Positions 23,546-33,537 of a DNA stretch of 64,000 bases are shown here, piece by piece. The translations under genes were made by a program, and so were the position numbers. Below the pieces are notes generated by a model. The model was not told the DNA's origin and did not search any database. It saw only the letters and a list, made by a program, of their open reading frames with translations. The stretch spans positions 1,922,001 through 1,986,000 of the forward strand of contig OZ251235.1 of assembly GCA_965240325.2 (NCBI GenBank). The letters run 5' to 3'. Each line of letters starts with the position of its first letter. Position 1 is the first letter of the stretch. The stretch comes from Rebecca billardiae RCC1528. Lineage: Eukaryota > Protista > Haptophyta.

Positions 23546-25447
23546 GAAGAAAACGCGCTCGGTGCGCTCCCCTGCTGGCTCGGCAAGCCATGGAGCCGAT
23601 GGCTCTGGCGACTGCCTTTTGGTACGGTGCCTGTCGCGCGAGGCGAGCAGCGTGCCTTCACGTGCGGCCTGCGGCACGCCCGTTTTGCCCGGACGTTCAC
23701 TGTCCGGCTCAGCCGGTGCGGCTGCAGATTAGTAAGTTACCACGAGCCTTCGGTCGTTTTCACCACACGACTTGGGGAGCGGATGGTCGTAGTAGAAAAG
23801 CGTCAACAAATGAGTGGGAATCGCAACGACATCCGTATGATGCGCGCTCAAAAAGGTAACGACATGCGTTCTCGTTTCCCGAGGCGTGCCTAATCAATAA
23901 CTCGAGGAAAAAGATCCGCGGCCCGGCCGTGCTACGCAAACGAATTCCGCCCTCTGATCATCAACCCACGTGACTGCGGCTACTACTCTGTCTGAATGAC
24001 AGTGACAGTGACCAACTTAGCAATCGGGCATCTGATGAGGAGACTGACGATATGCCCATGCGTGACGACCAGCCGGGGTCATCGTGCGGCGCTGAGCCTG
24101 AGGCCTGGCCAGACCTGTGACTCATGCAGTGGTCACGGCACCTGCCACCGCGCTGCAGACCTACCAGTACCCGCGCCCCTCACGGCCGCACGGGCGTCTG
24201 TACACCACCCGTCCCAGCCCCCTACATCAAGGCTCCCTGGTATTGAATAATACCCGCAGCTATTCGTTACCAGCCCATTTCATAGTCACTGAGCTCATGA
24301 CCGTCCATGGACGGTCATGAGCCCGCTGAGCCGAAGACGGGCTCACGGGCCATTTCTGGGACGGGTGGTAGTGCGTCCGACCAGGTCGCCTCCAGCACGA
24401 GCCGCAAGTTAAGGTGGCGCGCTCCTTCCGCTTCCCTGCCGATTCAGATTTGACACCTGGCATCAATGGTCCAGTGAGCTGCGGCTGCTGCAGCCGCAAC
24501 GTGCTGGCGCGGCGAGACAGTGGACCAAGACCACTAAGCAACATGGCTTACTCGTGCAGCATCCGCACGGCGCGCGCACAGAGAGTTCAGAGCGTAACGC
24601 AGGGCGACGCGCGCGCGCCGCGAGCGAGCCGGGCAACCACCGCCCGCCTCCACATTCAGCCCCCGCGCGCGCGGCGCGCACCATGACCATCCGCCCCAGT
24701 GCCATCAGCGCGCAGCGCCTGCGCGGTCGCACCTGGGTCGTTGGACGTATGCCGTGGCGCGGGCGCGGCGCGGCGATGCCGCGCTTGCTTCTCCCGAGGG
24801 CCTGAGGCCCCCACGCGCGGCGGACTCCGCGCGCGCGCCCCGCCTGACGTGCGCGCGGCGCGCGGCCACCGGAGCCTCCATGCGCCGGGCCGTTGCGCGG
24901 TGCCGCGTGCTGTGCGTATTCGGTCTCGTCAGATGCGTGCTCGGTCTCGTCAATCGTTACCCGCGTCGCTTGCGGCAGCCCCCCCCCCCCCTTTAGCGGT
25001 TCAAACCAACGACGCTTGGACGCCTACGGCCGCGCGAAGCGACGGCGCCGAGCGGGCGCGCGCGCCCGGTACGAGAGGTAGACTCCCACATCGTGCATCC
25101 ACACCCCGCCCGCGCCAGCGCACCCGCCCCTGGCGCTCTTCCCGCTCGTCGGCGGCGCTCGGCACCCGAGCCGAGCCGAACGTGTGCACGGTGCACGCCG
25201 CAGCGCGGCGCGACGGGCGCGGCGCGGCGCGCTCGGAATTTTCCTGAAGAGGGCTCCGAGCGTACGGGCCGACGCGCCCACTCGCGGCGCGCTCCGCGCG
25301 CGCCCCGCCAAATGCGAGGTGACACACGAGGCGCGGGTCGAGACGCTCGGGTGCTCGGCGCGGCCGTCAAACAGCCCCCCCCCCCCCCCCCCCCCGCGAG
25401 TTGACGAGCGTCCCCGGATTCCATTTTCCGGACTCTCCTTGATGCTA

Positions 25448-26041
25448 CAGGTGGATACGGGTCAACTGGACAGTGGCCGACCCAACTCACGCGGAGGCCT
25501 CTCTCGGAGCATTGGGGTCGAAGGGGCGCCAGGGACGGACTTCAGGGGGTCCCTGGAGTTCCGCCGCAGCGCGCTTTCTGCGCTGCGGGCCCGTCTCCGC
25601 GCGTGGCGGCCGCAATGGCACTGTCCAATTAGCCCCTGGCACTGGCTGAGGCATGGGAATCGAGCTCAGAGACGCGCGCGCGGAGGAAAAGCGTGTGCAT
25701 CGGCTCGGACGGTTGCTCTGGGACCTACCCACGCCAGCGCAACCGCGCCTTGCCTCGGAGTCCGCCCTTCCTGAGTCCGCGCACGCGCCTTGCGGCTTGA
25801 AACGCTGGCGTTCGGCCTTGTGCGCGGGACTCATGAAACAAGGCGAAGGCGGCGAGAAGCGCGACCTGGCGCGTGCGCAGACGACGTTCCACGACCAGGT
25901 GAGTTCAGCAAACATCGTGCGCCGTCGTGGCGACCCGCCAGTGGGCGCTCGTGCTCGTTCGCCCACGAGCCCTCGCCACGAGGCCCGCCGCCCGCTGAGT
26001 GTCCAGTTAGCCCCGGTGTCCAGTTGACCCGTATCCACCTG
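25448..26041. mobile_element. Tc1/mariner-type MITE (594 bp)
   Basis: Perfect 25-bp TIR CAGGTGGATACGGGTCAACTGGACA with TA on both sides (25446-47, 26042-43). Subterminal tgtcca(g/a)ttagcccc motifs are present. Confidence 0.9.
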
Positions 26042-26227
26042 TACGCAAAGCCGCGCGGGCGGGGGGCGGGTCCCGTCGAAACGGACGTGCCCCCCCCGCG
26101 GAAAAATCGTTTCGGGGTCCATTGTTCGTATTCCTACTCCGGTATTACTTTGCTCAGCAGTACGTCACACAAGCTGTGTTCACCAGAATTGGGGTTCACC
26201 CCCGTTATTATAAGGGGTCTGCCCAAG

Positions 26228-27646
26228 ATGGGGGCAGCGGGTGCAAGGGCGACAGCCACAGCTGTCGTGCTCGGATGGATCACCGCTCATCGCCCTTGCG
26301 ACGCTGCCACTGCGATGGACGGCGCGGCAGGGGCTGAGTGCGTGAGGCGCCTCGCCGCTGCGTCGGAGGCAGCAGCCAGCACCATCGAGCAGCACCTGGC
26401 GACGACAGGCATCGTTTCACACGCCATCGAAGCGTGCGGCAAGCGCACGAGACATCCCGCTCCCGACCCCATCCGAAGCAACGAGTGCCTGGACGCCCAG
26501 CTAGACTCGCCCTCGGCCAACCTCTCGGTGAGCTACCTGCAGATTGACCTGCCGCAGTGTGCGTACAGCAAGGCGGGTGATGGTGTTGGGCTCATGATGA
26601 AGGCAGATGCAGTCGTCAAAGGCCCTGCCTGGCCGCATGACGTGTGGGCCCTGCCCCGGAGCCATCGCAGTTGCCTCGCCGGACGAGGCCCGCCCTGCAT
26701 TCCGCCGCTAGTGCTGTGCCAAGCCAGCACTATGGGCCCAGGCACATACGCCCGACTGCGCTACGAGCGCATAACCACTCAAGTTTTCAAGGGGGTAAAC
26801 CAACTTTGCCCTCCTGAGGACTACTCACTGCTGGCAAGCTTCTCCAGGGCGTTTGGGATTCAAGAACGAGACAACGTGAGCGACGTGCAAAGTAGCCCTG
26901 GCCTGCGCACCACCCGTGTGGAGAACATCTCCACTGCCAGTGCCTGCTGGAAGCCAACAAGTCCATGCGAGGAGAACGTCACACGTTATGGTTATATGAG
27001 ATTTGCTCATGCCCTGGACACTTCGTGCTACCACCTGGACTGGGCTATGGCTGTGCTGTACAGCAGGGCTTTCTACGAGCACCTGCTTGCACGCGGCGCG
27101 CGCTGCACAATACACCCATTGCAGAACCACAACGAGTATCTTGCCAGGTGGTCAGCACACGACATCCTCGCAGTATACTTCAATCCAGGCCACGTGCAGG
27201 CGGTGTGCACACACCATGCTGGCACAAACACATCAACCTGCAAGGATGCACTGGCAGCGGAGCAGAGCAATCTGCAGCGTGCTCTACACGTGGCCCATCG
27301 AGTCCAGCAGCTGCGCAAGGCAGGGCAGAAGAAATCTGCTCTCAGCAGAAAAGGCAGGGCACCTGGTGAGCAACCTATTGGTGGAGGTCATCTGGATGGT
27401 GTGCCTGTGGTTGTAAAGGGCAGGCCCGGGTTGGAATGCAGGCACATCGACTCATACCTTGCACGCACAGCAGCTGGCCCAAGGACACAGCAGGCTGGGC
27501 GAAGGGAACAATCTCAAAGCTCTACTGGAGCATCAGCGTCCGGCATCACCGCAGCTGCTATGTTCACCCCGGTGCCGATTGCAGAGTTTGCTGCTGCACT
27601 TGACAGTGATGCCACTTGTCAGCCTCACAGCGCTCCACCTGCTTAG
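26228..27646 (+). CDS. Hypothetical protein (472 aa, Cys-rich, possible N-terminal signal/anchor)
   Basis: Uninterrupted ORF in a moderate-GC region with normal amino-acid diversity; no family recognised. Confidence 0.65.
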   Translation: MGAAGARATATAVVLGWITAHRPCDAATAMDGAAGAECVRRLAAASEAAASTIEQHLATTGIVSHAIEACGKRTRHPAPDPIRSNECLDAQLDSPSANLSVSYLQIDLPQCAYSKAGDGVGLMMKADAVVKGPAWPHDVWALPRSHRSCLAGRGPPCIPPLVLCQASTMGPGTYARLRYERITTQVFKGVNQLCPPEDYSLLASFSRAFGIQERDNVSDVQSSPGLRTTRVENISTASACWKPTSPCEENVTRYGYMRFAHALDTSCYHLDWAMAVLYSRAFYEHLLARGARCTIHPLQNHNEYLARWSAHDILAVYFNPGHVQAVCTHHAGTNTSTCKDALAAEQSNLQRALHVAHRVQQLRKAGQKKSALSRKGRAPGEQPIGGGHLDGVPVVVKGRPGLECRHIDSYLARTAAGPRTQQAGRREQSQSSTGASASGITAAAMFTPVPIAEFAAALDSDATCQPHSAPPA

Positions 27647-27978
27647 CCGGCCATTGCTGGGCATATCACCATATCAGGCCAGATTAGCGGTGACTGAATA
27701 TGTCGTCATCACTTATAATTTCAGTAATAATAAAAACTGTGCCTGCTGGCGTCAGGCGGGGGGGTCGGCGGGCCGTGCCAGTGCTGTCGCACTGTGCCCT
27801 GGCGGGCGGGGGGAGGGGGGGGGGGGGTCGGCGGGCCGTGCCAGTGCTGTCGCAATGTTTCCTCTGCGGGTTCGCGTCTTTCTACAGCATTCGCTCGTGG
27901 TCGTGGGTGACGGACAGTCGGACCACTCGGACCCGTGACACCTGTGAAGTTCTCGGACCACGTGCTTTACGCGTCCGT

Positions 27979-29860
27979 GCGCATCAGCGAGGCCCACACC
28001 CACGAGGGAACGTGCAGCACGCGGGGCGGGGCGGGTAGCCCGTTGCTCCGCGCAAGCGCGGGTACGTGCTGTATGTGCCGCATCTCGACCGCGATGGCGC
28101 AATCGAGCGCCTCTCGTCGCGAGGACGCTTGCCGATGTCCGCTCCGGGCATGATGGGCTCGGCGCAGGTCGCGTTGACATCGTACACGGCCGCCACGCTG
28201 AGCACGAGCGCGTTGACGTTCACGCGGTCGTCGCTCTTCGCCTCTTCGACAGGTCTGGCGCCCGCGTGTTCGGCGGCACGAGGAGCTGTTGGTTGTGTGC
28301 GCGCGCGCGCACACAGCGACAGCGTGTGCCACTCGCGATCGAGAGTGGGCACGAGCTGCTCACGCAGGCACACGAATCACAGCGCATCCGTCACCGGCGT
28401 GACGACGTCCGCCTCGTCCCGCAGCGCCTGCGCCATGGACGAGGATGGCGCGTCGATGTTTCATGCTCGACGATTCATCTCTCTGCGGATGGCATCACGG
28501 GCTTGTCTGTGTCACGCTGCGGCGAGGGTCGCCAACTCGCGAAGAGGCGGTTGCTGCCACGGCGACAGACCCGGGAGGTGCGTCCGCTGCGCGTCGTACG
28601 CCGTTGGCGCTGCGCTTCCGTCGCATTGGTCACCGTCGACGCGCAGGCCGGACGTGGGCGACCGCGAGCGACGACAGTCCGGTACAGCCGTACAGGGGGG
28701 GCCAGATGAAGTTTCCCGCCACTTCGGAAGGGAAGCCATGGCGGGCGTGAATGCCCGTCCCAACGCGATCTAAGGCCCCAGCGCCACGGCCCGGTCACTG
28801 GGGCGTGGCGTAGGCAGGTCGGCGTCGCCGTACGAGCGCGTGCGCGTGAGTGACAGCTTCCCTTCCGACTTTTCGACCACTCTCACGTCCACGTCCACGA
28901 CCCCGTACGACCGGCGCGCCGGTGAGGTTGCGCATGAGAAGGATGGGCAGGTAGCGGCCAGGATCACCGTTCTGACGGTCATACTGCCCTCTGGGGCATG
29001 CATTGCGACGGTGCATGCCTGGCGATGGTCCATCTGACCCTACAAGCCGTGGATCTGACGAGCAAGGTTGGCTGCGCGGTAGTCGTGCGACCGCCGTCTG
29101 ACACGGCTGCAGTGGTGAATACGTTTGGCGTGTGCGCGCCTGTCAACGGCAGGGTGATCAACGACCGGCATGGCTAGCAAGCTGATCAGGACTAGTAACA
29201 ACCTTGTCTGGGACCACGCCACGCCATTTGGCGACCTCGCCACCGCTCAATGCCCGTCCAGAGGCACGGACGTGCCGCACTACCTGGCCAGCCATCGCCA
29301 AAGTGGGGCCCACCATCTGGACCCCCCTGTACGCGGATTCCGGCGATCGAGTTCAGAAGGCCGCGCCAAATCTTGCGTCGCGTGCGATGGCGCTTCCCGC
29401 CCGCGAGACACCTCGTGATGAGGGCCTTTCCGCACCGAGCCAGACGCGCGGCGGCGGATCGCGCGAGGTGGTTGTCGTGCGCAGCGCTTGAAACTATGGC
29501 CCGTGCGAGCGCTCGACGTGCAAGTCAGGCGAGGACCGCCCCAGGTCGCACGATCATGTCGACGCGCCGAGCGTACCTCCAAACGAGTCGACTTTGGCCC
29601 CCGTTCGACCTGCACGCGAGACGACGAGGGCAGCAATCGCGAATCGGGCGAAAACCCCACTCGGGAGTCCTCTCCGCTCTCGTGATGTCCGCACCGGCGT
29701 TGGATTTGGCGCGCGCCGCCCACGCGCTCCGCGCCATCGGGCAACTCTTTTTCGGCCGAGCGTCCCCAGTGGGAGCTGCGAGGGCGCCCGGTAGTGAGCG
29801 AGGCGAGTTTCTTTTCTTTGCGAGGCGAGTTTCTTTTTCTTTTTGTTTTTCTTATCTTTT
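27979..29860. repeat. Dispersed ~1.3 kb repeat, copy 2, interrupted by a MITE
   Basis: Matches 13958-15260 on both sides of the 28693-29329 insertion. Confidence 0.85.
28693..29329. mobile_element. Tc1/mariner-type MITE (637 bp)
   Basis: 16-bp TIR CAGGGGGG(G/T)CCAGATG with TA on both sides. It is absent from the paralogous site at about 14730 (agtccggtgcgcggattcc). Confidence 0.9.
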
Positions 29861-29880
29861 AACTGCTGCTTATTATTATA

Positions 29881-30718
29881 CAGGGGTCTCAACAATTAGC
29901 TGTATATCTCTGTTTGTGCCACTGGACAGGCATGTGAGCACTTGATTGCCTGGCTAGATGTGGTCTAGCACAGCCCACTCCCTGGCCATTCTGACGAGTG
30001 GGTGGCTGCTTGGCCAGCTCTCCATGCTGGGCTGTGGTGCCATCCAGAGTGCGCATGTGCAGCAGCCCAGGTGGCAGGTGGGTGCAGCGAGGGGCGCGGC
30101 AGGCAGCAGTGGGTGGTCAGCTTGAAAATCCATGCAGGCCAGCCACCAGCAGCTAGGCTGCAGTGCTCTTGGCTGCACCAGCCCCACTCCAGCCCCCTCA
30201 AGTCGGGTGGCTGGCCACCCTCTGGGTGTGTCAGCGGCCTGCTGCTGCTGGCCTCCCAGTGCAGGGGAGCTGACCCGACAGGTCCTTGCGCAGGTGGGGG
30301 TGCGGGATTGGGCACTGTGCCACAGCAGCTGCATCCCATGAGGATGAGCTCCCCCCCAGGTGGCATGCAGCCCTCCCTAGGGGGTACCAGATCCACTGCC
30401 AAGCACAATTTAGGCCGCTGGTCTGTGTTAGGGCACACGGCCCGCGACCAGTGACGACAAGCCTGCGGCAGGATCTGGCCAGCTGCGACAGGCTGTACCG
30501 AGTGTACGCCTGCACGGCCGTGGGCGTGTGGCCTGCTGGTGTGCTCAACTCCAGCCCACGCGCGCTGGGGCTGGCGGTGAGTGGCGCGCTGGGTCCGGAA
30601 ACCGTCGGCACGGGCCGTGGGGGCCGCCTGGATCAGCCCAGGCCGGGGCAGGGTGAGCAGTGGCGTGCAGCTCATGCAGTCTAAGAATGTGACAATTAAT
30701 TGTTGAGACCCCTTGCTG
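29881..30718. mobile_element. TA-flanked TIR element (Tc1/mariner-like) with CpG-poor interior
   Basis: TA|caggggtctcaacaatta at the left and taattgttgagacccct-tgctg|TA at the right (17-bp perfect core, ragged right tip). Confidence 0.75.
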
Positions 30719-30885
30719 TAGTAGTAAGTAGACTCGCGGTGCGGGGCCGCCATCGCCAGCCGATCGGCATCGGTTTCGGTCTCTGCTGAGTCAATCACTG
30801 AGTGACTGGCCGAGGCCGGGGCTACTCCGGCTAGCGGGCCAGTTATTGCCGTGTCGGCACGAGCCAGCAGCCCGATGCGCGTGCG

Positions 30886-33431
30886 TCAGTGCTGGCCGGG
30901 CCGCGCCGCGTGCGCCGCCGCCAGCTCGTCAATCATCGCAAACTGCCGGCTGAAGGCGACTGGGTAGACAAACGGGCGCAGGTCGAAGCGGTTGTCCTCC
31001 GGCGAGTAGCCCTCGGCGTGGTAGGAGGGCGTGAGGGTCGTGAGCTTGTGCCGGTTGATCGCGTAGTACCGGAAGAAGCGCTTCACCTGACGAGCGTGGG
31101 AGCAGCGCAGCCGCCCACGCGCCGCGCCGCGCGCGCGCGTCAGAGACGGCCGCGATTTTTCGCGCGCGCGCGCGCGCGCCGGCCGGGACGCGCGCGCGCG
31201 GGGCGGGCCGCACGACCACCTTGTCTGCCACAGCGCTCGGCGCGAGGGCGGGCCCCCACTCGGCGCGGAGCGTCTCGTACATGCTCACCGGGCCACAGCG
31301 CGCCAGCTTGCGCAGCGAGCCGAACCTCGAGAGCTCGGCGTACGTCATCCCCATGTCCTCCTCGTCGTTCTGAGTGATCTCGCCGGTATCTCCCAGCGGC
31401 CGAAGCTCGGCGGTCGGCGCCGCCTCGACCACGGCGTGCAGGCTTGGATAGCCGAGGGCGTCTGCGCCCCAGCGAAGGAAGCGCTTGAGGTCGGTCTTCG
31501 AGATGCCCCCGATCGGGTTGAGGTCCGCCGCCGAGCAGTCGTACTTGGTCATGTAACCACGCAGTGCCTGCCGCAGCCGCGCCCGAGGCGGCGCGCGTGC
31601 GCCGACGCGGCGCGCGCGCGCCGTCAGATCGGTGCTGCTGCGTGGCAGGGCGCGCGCGCGCGCGCGAGGCGTGCGCGCGAGGTGCGAGGGCGCGCGGGGC
31701 GTTCCGCGGTGCTCGCACCTCGTCGACGTTGGCCGAGCCGAGCACGAGCAGGAACCCCTCGCGCCCGCGCGTCCACGGCACCAGCTGCGCGAGCAAATAC
31801 CCATAAACCATCCGCAGCCGCGCCTGCACGTTCTGCAGCGCAAGATCCTCCGCAGGCGTGCCGCCCGCGGCGCCGTAGCGCGGGCTGCGGCCGCAGAAGG
31901 CGTGGAAGACGCCGAGCGTGGCGCGCACCATCGGGTCGATCACCGAGGCGATGTGGTGCGCGCCCACCTCGCGCGCGAGCGCCGCCGCGCGCTCGCGCGT
32001 CTCGGCGCTCGAGTTGTCGGTGCCCATGTAGCACGTGGTGAGTACGAGATTCGCAATCTCGGCGGAGCTGGCTGGCACCCAGCCGGCCGGCTGGCGCGTC
32101 ACGCGGCGGAGCTCGGCGAGCACGCCCGCGTCCGGCTCGGGCTGCGCGCCCGCGCCCGCGGCCGCGCGAGACCCGCCCGGCGGCGCGCCCGTCGTCACCG
32201 CCGCGTGCAGCAGCTGGCACATGCAGCCCACGATGGCGGCCGTCGACGACGAGTCAGCGCCGCCAGAGAGCGCGAGGAAAAATCCGCCGCCGCCCGAGCG
32301 CCGCAGGTAGTCCCACAGCCAGCAGGCGGGGCCGTACGCGATCTCCTCCTCGGGCGGGTGGATGCGCGGGGTGAACGGCGCTGACGGCGCGCCCGCGCAC
32401 CCGCCCTCCTCGCCCTCCGCCGCGCACAGCGCGAACGGCGCGCTCACGCGATGCACGGGCGTCGCGCGCGCCGCCTGTATCGACCGAGACGCGATGGCGG
32501 CGCGCGCCGAGCGCACGGTCTCGAGGTCGACGGTGGCGGTGACGACCTCGACGTCGCGCAGGGAGAACTGGGTGCCCTGCGCGACCACCTCGCCGTTGAC
32601 CACGACCAGCGCGCACCCGTCGTAGTACAGCCGCCCCCCGTCACACCCCTGCTGGTTTGCATACACGTACACACCTGCGCCCTTCTCCGAGGCCGAGGTA
32701 AGCAGTCGGAGCCGCTTGTCGAGTTTGCGCAGCTCGTGGTGCGAGCCCGAGCCGTTGGCGAAGATCTCGACGCCGTCGAGCGCGAGCGCGATGTGCGGCG
32801 CGTTCGGCGTGAACAGCTCCTCGCACGTCTCCGCCCCCAGCGCCGTGTCGCGCAGGCTGAGCGCCGCGAAGCCGATTGGAACAGTGCGCACGCCGCCGAG
32901 CGCGTCCGCGACGACCGTCGGCAGCTCGAGCTGCTCGACGGGGCGCGAGGGGCACCACGGCGTGAACCAGCGGCCCTCGCGGTAGTTGCCGTCGTCCGCC
33001 AGGTGCAGCTTCGGGCGCACGAGCAGCAGCCGGCCGTCGAGGCAGAGCGCGCGCGCGTTGTACCGCACGCCTCGGTGCAGCACCGGCAGGCCGATGTCAC
33101 AGAGGATGCCGTCGGTCACGCCCGAGCGGAGGATGTGCGCGAGGGACTGCCACGAGTGGAGCAGCGTGTCCTGCTCGAGGAAGTGGTCCTCGCACCCGTA
33201 CCCCGGCACCTCGAGCTCCGGGCCCAGCCGGTACCGCGCGCCGCGCGCCTTGGCGATTCGGATCGACTCGATGATCCGCGCCATGTTGCCGTCAAAGTCG
33301 AGCGCCCACTGGTTGAGGTTGCACGTGGCGAGCGTGGCGAGCGCGCGCGGCGCGCCGCGGAGCAGCTTGGCGCGCTCCGCCCCGCCGCCCGCGGGCGAGC
33401 CCTCCGACTGCTGCTGCCGCGTGCGCTTCAT
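30886..33431 (-). CDS. NADSYN1: Glutamine-dependent NAD+ synthetase, 3 exons
   Basis: Nitrilase-like domain ([22 protein letters not shown]) plus synthetase motifs ([55 protein letters not shown]). Exons 33431-31719, 31567-31220 and 31086-30886 are joined by in-frame GT-AG introns. Confidence 0.96.
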
Positions 33432-33537
33432 CCGCGCAATCAAGGGCGACGAGCGACCGGCTGACGGCCCCGCGCCCACACGGCCGTGCCCGCCTGCCGC
33501 AGCCTGCCCGGTGCCCCGGTCGGCACTTGAATGCACG

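Larger units (their letters stand above)
17561..23768 (-). mobile_element. Non-autonomous split-direct-repeat (PAT/Ngaro-like, DIRS order) retroelement
   Basis: A = 17561-17755 = 19822-20016 (195 bp). B = 19599-19823 = 23544-23768 (225 bp, one mismatch seen). The order is A...BA...B. It contains a DIRS-type RNase H remnant, and its flanks rejoin the interrupted inverted-repeat arm. Confidence 0.8.
15356..26170. mobile_element. Large inverted-repeat (foldback-like) structure whose right arm is split by nested insertions
   Basis: The left arm 15356-16580 is reverse-complementary to 16718-17560, then 23769-23896, then 26101-26170. The outer ends are gtgtgacgtactgctgag / ctcagcagtacgtcacac. Confidence 0.75.

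Noticed and set aside
22476-23893. Six overlapping 300-445 aa ORFs
   Set aside because: These are a by-product of a stop-free, GC-rich 177-bp (59-codon) repeat.
5600-33431. Functional link between the DXO-like (NAD-cap) enzyme and NAD synthetase
   Set aside because: The genes are 23 kb apart with unrelated genes between them, and there is no evidence of clustering.
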